Virus record (IMG/VR): IMGVR_UViG_3300046167_000801 | Source of the DNA: a virus | Taxonomy: Duplodnaviria > Caudoviricetes | Strand: one strand, 5' to 3' | DNA: 64,000 nucleotides | Shown: piece by piece, positions 48,976 through 58,458 of the stretch | Layout of the letters: each line of letters begins with the position of its first letter | Position numbering within the stretch: position 1 is the stretch's first letter | Notes under the pieces: generated by a model | What the model was told of the DNA's origin: nothing | Database searches by the model: none | Seen by the model: only the letters and a program-made list of their open reading frames with translations | Program-made: the position numbers and the translations under genes

Positions 48976-51090
48976 ATGAAATTAATTGACATTATACAAG
49001 AATCACCAATAGAAGGTGGTGAACAACAGGTAGGTGAACAAGTAGCGGCACTGAAAGGTTTTCTAAAAGGGGTTACTAACCTAACTATTAAATCTGTAAG
49101 AGCAGCAAAACCCGTATTAGCAAAGGACTTACAAAAAGTTTTTAATGCCAAGTCAATTCAAGGTATTAATAAAATAGATGATTTAGTTGTTGCGTTAGGT
49201 AAAGGTACTTTGAAGGGTAAGGCTTTAGGTGATGTTACTATTGGTTTTATGAAAACTAAAGGGGTAAGTTCTAACTATATTGCCAGATTGGCTCCTGAGT
49301 TTGTAAACACACCATCTTTCATTAAGAAATATGCAAAAGACGGTAAGAAACTTACTACTGCATCTTTAAAATCAAGTGGTTATACCGATAATGCGATAAA
49401 GGAGATACTGAAGGCGTCTAAGGGTAGTAATAAATTCCAAAACGCATTGAAATCGTCTAAGACTATTGGAACAACTACTAAGACCGTCGGAACAACTACT
49501 AAGACCGTTGGAACTACCTCTAAGACTGTAGGACAGGCGGCAGTTAATTTAGGTAAGAAGGTTGTTCAAAAAGGTAAAAAATATATAACACCAATTTCAA
49601 AGAGACCTGGAGGAATTATTAAAACGGCCGCCAAGGGAGTATTTAGATTGGGTAAGGGTATAGTAGGTTTAGGTTTACTTAAACTTTTACTTATTTGTGG
49701 TGTAGGTTACATTGGTTATAAATGGTGGACTAGAGTAAAAGGAGATCTACCTGAGTTTCCATCAGATAGTGATTTAGAAGCTACAAAGAATTGGATGGAG
49801 TGTATAGTTAATGCACTTGAAGGGGATGAAAGAGCACACGATATTGTAATAGGTGAAAATAAAAATAGTATTCAATATGATATTGATAGATTCGCTGGTG
49901 AAGATACAGGTGGTTATTTGACCTTCTATGACGATTATACAGTTAAAAGTAAAAACGGTAAAACAGGTAAGTGGGATTGTAATGTTACAAAAAACTTAAA
50001 AGAACAATCAGAGGGTGAGGTTACGAGTCAAATGATTAGTTCAGCAATCACACAATTAGATGATCAATTAAGTGGTGATTTCTTTGAGGGTGATTCTTCT
50101 GATATGCAAGATGCATATAAAATACTTAAATCTTTAGAAGGTACCACCTATAAAGGAAAAGACACAATACAAGTTATAAAAAATAATTACCCTAAAGTCA
50201 CGGGGAAGAAATTGTCAAGTCATATAGGTAATCTAACTAATTTAGATTTTTCCGCAATTGAATTACGTGATGAAATGTTAAAAATGATAGGATCTTCACC
50301 TAAGAAAAAAGGTGGTGGTTCACAAGGAGATTCGGATGACAAGGGAGGATCAAAAGATAATGATAATCTTAACCATTTAACAGTAGTTTGGGACAAGTCT
50401 GAAGGTGGTGGAGGATCTAAAGGATCTAAATACAAACAATGTGATGATTTCCCATTAAACTTATATTGTATATCTGATAAGATTAAAGAAGTACAAAAAT
50501 GTTTAAACCCGACCGCTAACTTAAAGGTGGATGGTTATTACGGTCCTTTGACATTAAAGGCAATGAGGGATAGTTCATTATTTGCAGATGATAAAAAGGA
50601 TGATACTAACATCACTAAAGTAATATATGACAGAATCATAGATAAATGTAACAAGGCTAAAGATGCGGTCAAAGACGCCGACGGTAAAGCGGTTAGACCT
50701 AAAGTAGAACCTATAGAAAAATTAAAAATAAAACCTATAGAAATAGTAAAATTAGACCCTATCAAAATGATTGATACACACGGTGTAGAAAATTTATTGG
50801 ATCAAACTAAGAAGAGGATTGATGGTGAGAGAATCTCGGCCATTATAAGTGATAAAGTAAAGTTCCGTGGAGGAAGATATGTACTTAAAATGGACAACGA
50901 ACTGACAGAGAAACAATTAAAAGTTATAAATCAGGTCATGGCAGGTAGAGGTTTTAGTTTAGATAAGAAGAAAGAGACGTTGAAAGACAATAAATACGTG
51001 TGGACCACTAAAGATAGAGATTCAAGAAAGATTGCACGTAAACAGAATTCAATAGACAACATAAGATCGAAAAACGATGATAAAAAATAG
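48976..51090 (+). CDS. large putative virion protein with TM segment and peptidoglycan-binding domain
   Basis: GLGLLKLLLICGVGYIGY TM; IKEVQKCL...VDGYYGPLT. Confidence 0.6.
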   Translation: MKLIDIIQESPIEGGEQQVGEQVAALKGFLKGVTNLTIKSVRAAKPVLAKDLQKVFNAKSIQGINKIDDLVVALGKGTLKGKALGDVTIGFMKTKGVSSNYIARLAPEFVNTPSFIKKYAKDGKKLTTASLKSSGYTDNAIKEILKASKGSNKFQNALKSSKTIGTTTKTVGTTTKTVGTTSKTVGQAAVNLGKKVVQKGKKYITPISKRPGGIIKTAAKGVFRLGKGIVGLGLLKLLLICGVGYIGYKWWTRVKGDLPEFPSDSDLEATKNWMECIVNALEGDERAHDIVIGENKNSIQYDIDRFAGEDTGGYLTFYDDYTVKSKNGKTGKWDCNVTKNLKEQSEGEVTSQMISSAITQLDDQLSGDFFEGDSSDMQDAYKILKSLEGTTYKGKDTIQVIKNNYPKVTGKKLSSHIGNLTNLDFSAIELRDEMLKMIGSSPKKKGGGSQGDSDDKGGSKDNDNLNHLTVVWDKSEGGGGSKGSKYKQCDDFPLNLYCISDKIKEVQKCLNPTANLKVDGYYGPLTLKAMRDSSLFADDKKDDTNITKVIYDRIIDKCNKAKDAVKDADGKAVRPKVEPIEKLKIKPIEIVKLDPIKMIDTHGVENLLDQTKKRIDGERISAIISDKVKFRGGRYVLKMDNELTEKQLKVINQVMAGRGFSLDKKKETLKDNKYVWTTKDRDSRKIARKQNSIDNIRSKNDDKK
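49459..49532 (+). repeat. 21-bp in-frame tandem repeat (KT[IV]GTT[TS] x3.5)
   Basis: aagactattggaacaactact / aagaccgtcggaacaactact / aagaccgttggaactacctct. Confidence 0.85.
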
Positions 51091-51769
51091 ACAACACATG
51101 AAATCAAATTTAATCAGTTCTTTAGTAAACAAAGAATTAAATGAAAGATTTAATTTAAATAATGATTTAAGACTCTTTTTAGAGAGTATGGAAGGTCAAG
51201 ATGATGTAGAGAACGACGAAAAGGATATAAAGACCTTAGACACGATTATAGGTGTGTTAGACAAGGTTAAGGATACTGACATGTCTGATGAAGAAATAGA
51301 ACAAAGTATGGACGAAGGAATTCTTGATTCTTTGGGTTCTTTATTAGGTTTAACGGGAGACGTTAATAATCCAGGTGAAGGTGGTGTTGGGGACATTGCC
51401 TCAGGAACTGCAATGACACAAATGAAAGAATGGTTGATACGTAAATTCTTAATAAATTTCATGGGAATGGATAGTGGAAAATTAGTCAGTTTCCTTTCAG
51501 GTTCTTTATCCGAACTTAGTGTATCCGCATTACTTTCAATTGCTCAGGGAACAACTAACTGTAAGGAACATAGTGACGAAATTGCAGATGCATTTATGAT
51601 CGGTATATCAAGAATGATAATGGGAGATGCGGAACGAGATTCTATGGGTTATAATGTATTGAAGAATGTAATGGATGAATTCCTTAAAAATTCTAATGCT
51701 GGAGAATATATTTCCGAGAAAGTATGTTCATTTGACCTTAGAGGTTCTATAAAATCTTCATTTTCATAA
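51077..51769 (+). CDS. hypothetical protein
   Basis: 230-aa ORF continuing the operon. Confidence 0.65.
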   Translation: MIKNRQHMKSNLISSLVNKELNERFNLNNDLRLFLESMEGQDDVENDEKDIKTLDTIIGVLDKVKDTDMSDEEIEQSMDEGILDSLGSLLGLTGDVNNPGEGGVGDIASGTAMTQMKEWLIRKFLINFMGMDSGKLVSFLSGSLSELSVSALLSIAQGTTNCKEHSDEIADAFMIGISRMIMGDAERDSMGYNVLKNVMDEFLKNSNAGEYISEKVCSFDLRGSIKSSFS

Positions 51770-51922
51770 AACTAAAAAAAAATGTTAATTAACCTCACAA
51801 ATGTGGGGTTTTTTTATGACTAAAAGATATTTATAGTTATGAGGTCAGTACTTTGGTCGGTACTTGATTGATAAACGAAAATAAACGAAAAGGAGGTGAA
51901 TTAATAATCTCGACAAAGGGGT

Positions 51923-52234
51923 CTATCGACCTCTTTGTTTGTTTACAATACTTTGTAATTCATTAAGTGTTTGTTTCTTCTGACTATCAATCTTAGTAAT
52001 TCTCTGAGTCTCATATTTTTTCATGTATTTCTCCTCAAATGTACTACCCACCCCTAATTCTACTATAGTTGCTTCATCAGGAATTAAAGGTTTTCTTTTT
52101 TTGGTTGTAATAATATCATCCACATAGACATTTTCAAATACTTTTAAATAATATTTGTCTTTCTTTCGGTATGTTATTTTATAAACTACAACAACAGGTA
52201 TCTTCATATTTTTGATCATAAAAAAAGGGACCAC
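51923..52234 (-). CDS. hypothetical protein (start probably MKIPV)
   Basis: ORF downstream of tmRNA. Confidence 0.5.
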   Translation of the reverse strand: MVPFFMIKNMKIPVVVVYKITYRKKDKYYLKVFENVYVDDIITTKKRKPLIPDEATIVELGVGSTFEEKYMKKYETQRITKIDSQKKQTLNELQSIVNKQRGR

Positions 52235-52257
52235 TGAGGATCCCTTTTCACACTTAG

Positions 52258-52640
52258 TGGAGGTGGAGGGTTTCGAACCCTCGTCTTGCTCGTCCCAACC
52301 ATAGAGGACTACACGTTTAGGTCAATATCGATTCTCAATATTCCGAAATATGTGATTGAATTTTTACATCCTCCATCACCAATAGATGTACGACTCGATT
52401 TAAGGTTCAGTCGTTTTTCTACCTTTGTAAGACTTCTGTTCCTAGGTTATATGTCCCGACCCGTTGTAGAGATAACCTTAGGCTACCGCTACTTTAGAAT
52501 CAACAGATACAAGACCCATTAATCCCATTTGTGAATAAACGTCTCCGTCTAAAAAACATCTCCATAGATTTAAGTGATAGGAAATATCTCACTACGTGCC
52601 CTGTTATAATTGACTACGCCAATCAATTCCAGTCACCCCC
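52258..52640 (-). ncRNA. ssrA: tmRNA
   Basis: 5' GGGGGTGACTGGAATTGATT pairs with 3' CACCTCC-A including G3.U70; T-arm GAGGGTTCGAAACCCTC; internal ORF ending GTAGCGGTAGCC TAA. Confidence 0.9.
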
Positions 52641-52645
52641 ATTAA

Positions 52646-52882
52646 TTACTTAACTTCTTTCAAAGAGGGACCATCACCTTTTGAAGGTTTTCTTCTTGGT
52701 TTTCTTCTTGGTTTCTTCTTAGGTTTTGTAAAATCCTCTTCGAATTTTTCAAACTTTTCGACCTTAGGTTTTCTCTTTGGTCTTGGTTTTCTCTTTGGTT
52801 TAGGTTTGGAAACCTCAACAGGTTTCACTTCTTCCTTTTTAACTCCGAAAAGTTTCTTAAAAAAATCTATAATTTTTCTCAT
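52646..52882 (-). CDS. basic K/P/R-rich small protein
   Basis: KPKPKRKPRPKRKPK repeats. Confidence 0.55.
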   Translation of the reverse strand: MRKIIDFFKKLFGVKKEEVKPVEVSKPKPKRKPRPKRKPKVEKFEKFEEDFTKPKKKPRRKPRRKPSKGDGPSLKEVK

Positions 52883-52934
52883 AATTTATTGTTTATAGGT
52901 AAATATACCTCTATTAGTGTAAAATGTAAAGGTT

Positions 52935-53612
52935 TTATTCTTGAGTTGTGCAATCCAACGGAAAATTTTTCTCATACAACGCCTCAAAGAACAGTTTGTT
53001 TTTTAACCATTTCTTGTCAGTTTCTCCGATAGATTTATGATAAAGTTTAATTTTGGTGGTTACTCCCACTTTAACACCTTCTAAATGATTGAGTACACAT
53101 ATTGGTAAATCATAGAAATGAAAACCTTCAAAACGATCATCAAAGTTTTTCTTAATCCTATTTTTATTTATCATCATGAATAATCCGTCAATGATCACGA
53201 CCTCCTTTATATTGTCCCCAAAAGATTTTGAATATTTTGACATGTATTTTTGTGGACCATTAATATGACCTACCTGTCCTTGCATATTTTCTCTGTGTTG
53301 CCACCATTGACCTGATACTAATTTATCAGTACCCGCAAGACCTAAAATACCATAATCGGGGTTTCTATCGAATAATTTTATGATTTTAGGTGTAAGGTTT
53401 TTAGTTTCAAACTCTAAATCATCATGTATAAAAACAACAATATCATTTTTAGATTTCTCTAAACCTTCATTATATATGTCGGTTAAAGATCTATCCCCAT
53501 TGTTCTCATAGACTAAATATTCATTTTTAGGGTGAGAAAAGAACTTCTTTACGTGATCTAAATAATTTTGTTCTATTTTACGTGTTGAATAAACTACAGT
53601 TATTGTATTCAT
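52935..53612 (-). CDS. glycosyltransferase family 2-like protein
   Basis: YN.GLE.SKNDIVVFIHDD ... IDGLFMM ... FEGFHFYD. Confidence 0.75.
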   Translation of the reverse strand: MNTITVVYSTRKIEQNYLDHVKKFFSHPKNEYLVYENNGDRSLTDIYNEGLEKSKNDIVVFIHDDLEFETKNLTPKIIKLFDRNPDYGILGLAGTDKLVSGQWWQHRENMQGQVGHINGPQKYMSKYSKSFGDNIKEVVIIDGLFMMINKNRIKKNFDDRFEGFHFYDLPICVLNHLEGVKVGVTTKIKLYHKSIGETDKKWLKNKLFFEALYEKNFPLDCTTQE

Positions 53613-53995
53613 AAAAGGTGTTTTCAGGAAGTGTAAAATGAAATATAAGTAAAATTAATTATTTAATCAAGTGTGTTTAAAATTTCTTCCAATGCTCGTT
53701 GGTATAGAGGTACCATCATATCACTTGTTTTTATTTTAGGTTGGTCCATTTTAGAAACGTGATTACGTAATCTTTCTGTAAGTCCCAATTTATGGGCCCT
53801 ATAGAATATCTCCTCTATTTCGTCACTACTTGACCAACTCATTACTTATAACTGTCTATTTTTTGTTGTAATTTCTGAATCTGTTTTTTTATCTCTTTAG
53901 TTTGTTGTTTAAACTTAAGTTTTAAAATCTCAGAAATAACTCTTTTTTTATCTATGAACCCCATATTAATAAGTATGTCAATTTATTGAAATTTA

Positions 53996-54072
53996 TGGTG
54001 GACCTTGATGGGCTCGAACCATCGACCTATCCGTTATGAGCGGAGTGCTCTAACCAACTGAGCTAAAAGTCC
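53996..54072 (-). tRNA. tRNA with CAT anticodon, probably Ile2 (lysidine type)
   Basis: GGACTTTTAGCTCAGTTGGTTAGAGC...CTCATAA...GGTTCGAGCC...TCCACCA. Confidence 0.85.
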
Positions 54073-54088
54073 TTTATTTAACACTTTG

Positions 54089-54162
54089 TGAACCCGGTAG
54101 GATTCGAACCTACGACCGTCTCCTTAGAAGGGAGATGCTCTATCCAGCTGAGCTACGAGTCC
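54089..54162 (-). tRNA. tRNA-Arg(TCT)
   Basis: Cloverleaf, anticodon loop CTTCTAA, TTCGAATCC; CCA not encoded. Confidence 0.9.
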
Positions 54163-54166
54163 ATTT

Positions 54167-54255
54167 TGGTACCTCGGGCCGGGGTCGAACCGGCACGGAC
54201 ATTACTGTCCACAGGATTTTAAGTCCGGCGTGTCTACCAATTCCACCACCGAGGC
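54167..54255 (-). tRNA. tRNA-Leu(TAA)
   Basis: Long variable arm, loop CTTAAAA, encoded CCA. Confidence 0.9.
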
Positions 54256-54366
54256 ATGGTGTAAATGTAAGAACGAATATTAATAAAATCAACCCCCTAC
54301 CCCATATAAACAAAAAAACCCCACATTTCTGTGGGGTTTACTATCATTCTTTAACGTTTATTTTGA

Positions 54367-54690
54367 CTAATCAGTCAATACTTGTTTAGATGTTTTTACG
54401 GGTTCACACCCATCCTTATCGATCTTAGTTATCCTATTCTCGAATTTATCAAACCTACTATCGATATGTCGATATAGGTCATCTACTCGGTCTTCAAGGT
54501 TCTTAACCTCTTGATCCACTCTAAGGTGAATCTCTCTTTGATTATTATCTAAATCTAATTGTGTTCCATTTATGACTTCCTCGAAATCATTAGAACGTTG
54601 TTTAACCTTAACTATACCTACTATAGCGTACCCTAAACCGAACACACCAATTGCTGTAAGCATACCTAAAACGAATTCTAAATTTTCCAT
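54367..54690 (-). CDS. membrane-anchored coiled-coil protein
   Basis: N-terminal TM, heptad pattern. Confidence 0.6.
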   Translation of the reverse strand: MENLEFVLGMLTAIGVFGLGYAIVGIVKVKQRSNDFEEVINGTQLDLDNNQREIHLRVDQEVKNLEDRVDDLYRHIDSRFDKFENRITKIDKDGCEPVKTSKQVLTD

Positions 54691-54733
54691 AATTTTTAAT
54701 TTTAATTTAGTTTATGTCAAAGAACGATAGTTG

Positions 54734-54805
54734 TACTCCGTAGGAGAATCGAACTCCTATTACCAGGATGAAAACCTGGCGTCCTAACCGTTAGACGAAC
54801 GGAGC
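54734..54805 (-). tRNA. tRNA-Glu(TTC)
   Basis: Loop TTTTCAT in CCAGG/CCTGG stem, GTTCGATTC. Confidence 0.9.
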
Positions 54806-54995
54806 TATAATCTCCAAATCCTCACTTTTTTAAGTGGTAGCCAGAGTCGTATTGTTTTCAAAATAAGGTATTCCTTAAATCTTCTAACCATACTTTATAA
54901 ATAATACGATTTTTTTTTCATTTAATCAAATGTAAATAACAAAGTATTTATAGTAAGGTCAAGTGATTGACCCATAAAAAGTAAAAATTAAAGTT

Positions 54996-55229
54996 ATGGC
55001 ATTTAAAGACTTATTTAAAGATGAAAACGACATCAACGAAAAATCAGTTGTAGGTTTTCTGTCATTCGCGATAATGGTTTTATTCGCGTTTGCTGATTTA
55101 CTTACAGGGTACTTTGGTAAGGACCTTGTAATTAATGAGTTTATTTATAACTCATTTGTAGTTATTACATTAGGTTCTTTTGGTATTGCTGAGGTTGGTA
55201 AGATCTTCGGTAAAAAAGGACAGGAATAA
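54996..55229 (+). CDS. putative holin (2 TM)
   Basis: Two hydrophobic helices, charged termini, directly upstream of amidase. Confidence 0.5.
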   Translation: MAFKDLFKDENDINEKSVVGFLSFAIMVLFAFADLLTGYFGKDLVINEFIYNSFVVITLGSFGIAEVGKIFGKKGQE

Positions 55230-55241
55230 AAAAATAAAATT

Positions 55242-56123
55242 ATGATTTTAAAAATTGGATCAAGAGGGAAAGAAGTCAAAGAACTTCAAGAATTTCTTGA
55301 AATCGGAGCGGATGGTATCTTCGGTTCAGGAACTGACTCATCAGTTAAAGAATGGCAGTCCAAAAATGGTTTGGGGGTTGACGGTATTGTCGGTCCTGCC
55401 ACTTGGGACGCTATGGGTCTTGCTACTACTGATAATTCAGAAAAAACGTATGAAACGGAAAACGGTTTGATAATAAACCGACATTTCTTACCTGTTGGTG
55501 AGTACAAACAAGGACCCACAAATAAAGAATACGCTTTTATACATCACACAGCGGGGTGGCATAACCCATACAATTGTATTGACCAATGGTCGAGAGATAG
55601 TAGGGGTGCAGTCGCAACCGAATTCGTATTAGGTGGTCAATCGGTTAAAGGAAATGACACTAAATATGACGGTGAAGTTGTACACGCGTTCCCTGAAGGA
55701 TCGTATGGTTGGCATTTAGGTAAAAACGGATCTCAACACATGCACACTCACTCGGTTGCTATTGAGGTATGTAACTTCGGTTATGTGAAAGATGGTAAAA
55801 CATATGCAGGTACAAGAGTTGCGGAAGATCAGATAGTTACATTATCACAACCATTCAGAGGTTACAAAGATTGGCATAGATACTCTGACAAACAAATTGA
55901 ATCACTACACAAATGGATTCTTTGGATATCTGAGAGAGATAGTATTGATGTACGTAAAGGTCTACCCGATCTTATTCGTAAGATAGGTGTATCTGCCTTT
56001 GAATTTCAAGAAGACGCATATTACGGAAGAGTTAAAGGACTATGGACACATACAAATACACGTAAGGATAAATCTGATATGTTCCCACAACAGGAACTTA
56101 TCGATATGTTGTTAAGTCTATAA
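55242..56123 (+). CDS. endolysin: peptidoglycan-binding + N-acetylmuramoyl-L-alanine amidase
   Basis: ADGIFGSGT...VDGIVGPATW; FIHHTAG, AWHLG-like GWHLG, AIEVCN, THTN.RKDK.D. Confidence 0.85.
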   Translation: MILKIGSRGKEVKELQEFLEIGADGIFGSGTDSSVKEWQSKNGLGVDGIVGPATWDAMGLATTDNSEKTYETENGLIINRHFLPVGEYKQGPTNKEYAFIHHTAGWHNPYNCIDQWSRDSRGAVATEFVLGGQSVKGNDTKYDGEVVHAFPEGSYGWHLGKNGSQHMHTHSVAIEVCNFGYVKDGKTYAGTRVAEDQIVTLSQPFRGYKDWHRYSDKQIESLHKWILWISERDSIDVRKGLPDLIRKIGVSAFEFQEDAYYGRVKGLWTHTNTRKDKSDMFPQQELIDMLLSL

Positions 56124-56144
56124 TTAAACTATATAGGTTGGTGT

Positions 56145-57344
56145 ATGAAAAATTTAATAAGATTTATCGTATTCTCTATTTTATGCACCAATGCGTATGG
56201 TCAAACTACTACAGTAAACATAAGGTCACTTAAGACTCATTACGGTGGGAATCAATCAGGTCAATATTATACAGGTAATGCTAATTCGCACTCAGAATTT
56301 GACGCTATGGTTAATCTTGCCGATGGCGGTACTACACTCTATACAGAAGGACCTGTAGATATAACAAGTTATCAAGGTCCAAGAGGTGGTAATCATACTC
56401 CTTATCAACTATGGAACCCACCAAGATGGAGTACTAATAGTGGAAGGTATGCAATTATTTATTCTGGTTGGTTTAAACCTAACAAATCAGGTACATATCG
56501 ATTTAGAACTTTCACAGATGACTCACATGAGTTTATGATTAAAGGTATTGGTAAGACTAATGATATAGTTACTAAACATTATGGTTGGAATGTATGGGCT
56601 TATGGTACGGCAACCCTAGATAAAACTGTATGGTATGAATTTGAATATAGAATACAGAATTTTGGTGGTATAGGTGCTGCAAATTTCCAATATGAAATAC
56701 CCGCTAACTACAATACAGGTCAATTTAATCAACTCAGTCCTAGTCATCCATTTGCAGAATGGTCTGCTACCGACCCTAACGCTGTACCAATCACGGCAAG
56801 TGGTTATATTAAAGGGGGAGAAGAACAAGGTATTGGAGGACAAACAGTTTATCTAAAGACACAGAATAAAAATCAAGTCGGTTTTTCATATACGACTCAA
56901 GCAACAACAACAACAGATTCAAATGGGTATTATTCTTTTAATACCACATTAAATTACAACGATTACGATTTTACAATAGATATTAATCCGTCATTAGGAA
57001 CACTTATAACCACAGATATAAATTGGTTTCAAGATAGATTATTATCAGACACATTCAGTTCAAAAGATTATTGGAGAATGGATGTGAATAATACAGGTTC
57101 GTTTTCTGTCTCTGATATCTATCTAATGCACCAGAGGAGACACGGTAACATTTCTAGTTACCCTGGTGGGGGACAAGAAATATGGAACACAAATTCTTGG
57201 CAAAACCCAACCATTTGGCCGGCAGTTGCTGCGGATTCAGACGATAAAACGATATACGTTGGTTACGGATCATGGTCTCTATTTGATTTAGCCAATGGAA
57301 ATCAGACAACATTCTATTTATTAAGAGTAGGACATAAAAATTAA
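56145..57344 (+). CDS. secreted PA14-domain protein with dockerin-like C-terminus
   Basis: Signal peptide; YSGWF.P..SGTYRF.TFTDD; DVNNTGSFSVSDIYL. Confidence 0.65.
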   Translation: MKNLIRFIVFSILCTNAYGQTTTVNIRSLKTHYGGNQSGQYYTGNANSHSEFDAMVNLADGGTTLYTEGPVDITSYQGPRGGNHTPYQLWNPPRWSTNSGRYAIIYSGWFKPNKSGTYRFRTFTDDSHEFMIKGIGKTNDIVTKHYGWNVWAYGTATLDKTVWYEFEYRIQNFGGIGAANFQYEIPANYNTGQFNQLSPSHPFAEWSATDPNAVPITASGYIKGGEEQGIGGQTVYLKTQNKNQVGFSYTTQATTTTDSNGYYSFNTTLNYNDYDFTIDINPSLGTLITTDINWFQDRLLSDTFSSKDYWRMDVNNTGSFSVSDIYLMHQRRHGNISSYPGGGQEIWNTNSWQNPTIWPAVAADSDDKTIYVGYGSWSLFDLANGNQTTFYLLRVGHKN

Positions 57345-57362
57345 AAAAGTAAAAAAAAAACG

Positions 57363-58457
57363 ATGAAACTTAAAAACATTTTTCTAACACTATCTTTGCT
57401 AATTGGTACGATGACTGTCTTCGGGCAGACGACTTCACCTGACGCAACTAAACCTTATATTATCTTTGATTCAACTTACACTTTAGAATCCACCTCATCA
57501 ACCTCAAACACAACATTTGACATTTATTACGATAATACGTCGGGTAATGATGTTAAAGGTATTCAGTTTTCATTTAATTATGATAACACGGTATTTGATG
57601 AACCCACTTTAACATATAACAATACATCTGGCCCTGCCGGGTATTTGTCTTATGATGTCGATTCAACAAGTGGAGTTATAAAAGTGGTATGGGTTTATTC
57701 AGGATCATCTACCACTTTCGATATGATTGCGGGTAACATGTTTACAGTAAATGCCCCTTTTCTTTCTAACTATACAAACTCGGCAGTTGCGGACGTAGAT
57801 TTTACTACCGACCTTACCGCTTATTATGTAAAGTCTGATGGGACTGATGGGGTATTGGGTACACAAGATAATGGTGGTAATTTTATAGAACCGGCATTTG
57901 ATTATACCGCCACAATTCTAAATAGTGGGACAAATCCAGCAGACTCTATTGATGTAATATTACAAAAATCGTCAGATGGTTCGTCTTGGACAGATGTTAC
58001 CACAGTAACAACCAACTCGAATGGGGAGTCGGTGTTCTCAGAAAATTTAGATCAGGATTATTGGCAAATTAGACTCAAGATTGCAAGTGGTTTAGATGCG
58101 AGTACCGCACTATCAACTGCAGATGCTAATATGATCGCACAAATTGCTGCGGGGGTACAATCACCATCAGGAATTCAGTTCTATACTGCGAATACAAATC
58201 AAAATAATGGAATTACCGCATCGGATTCATATATGGTATTCTCTAGATTAGCACAAGGTAACTCAAGTTATTCTTCTAATCCAGATGTATTGTTCTTTAC
58301 TGAAGCACAGTATACTACTATTAGTAGTGCAACATCAGATCAGTCTAGTTCTATACCGGGTCTAACGGAGTTTTTATCTCCATTAATTAATAACACAACT
58401 ACGGGTAACTTCTACTTATTAATATTAGGAGATGCCAATGGAACAGGTTTAAATTAA
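57363..58457 (+). CDS. secreted cohesin-like + dockerin-like protein
   Basis: Signal peptide; KGIQFSFNYDNTVF; LSTADA..IAQ ... NTNQNNGITASDSY. Confidence 0.6.
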   Translation: MKLKNIFLTLSLLIGTMTVFGQTTSPDATKPYIIFDSTYTLESTSSTSNTTFDIYYDNTSGNDVKGIQFSFNYDNTVFDEPTLTYNNTSGPAGYLSYDVDSTSGVIKVVWVYSGSSTTFDMIAGNMFTVNAPFLSNYTNSAVADVDFTTDLTAYYVKSDGTDGVLGTQDNGGNFIEPAFDYTATILNSGTNPADSIDVILQKSSDGSSWTDVTTVTTNSNGESVFSENLDQDYWQIRLKIASGLDASTALSTADANMIAQIAAGVQSPSGIQFYTANTNQNNGITASDSYMVFSRLAQGNSSYSSNPDVLFFTEAQYTTISSATSDQSSSIPGLTEFLSPLINNTTTGNFYLLILGDANGTGLN

Positions 58458-58458
58458 T

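Larger units (their letters stand above)
20563..54956. promoter_or_regulatory. recurrent TATTTAT(A) motif just upstream of putative late genes (sense strand)
   Basis: At ~20564, 25268, 27841, 29128, 37063, 44872, 47468, 48954 (+) and reverse at ~29907, 32681, 34033, 34678 (-), within ~35 nt of the ATG. Confidence 0.6.
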
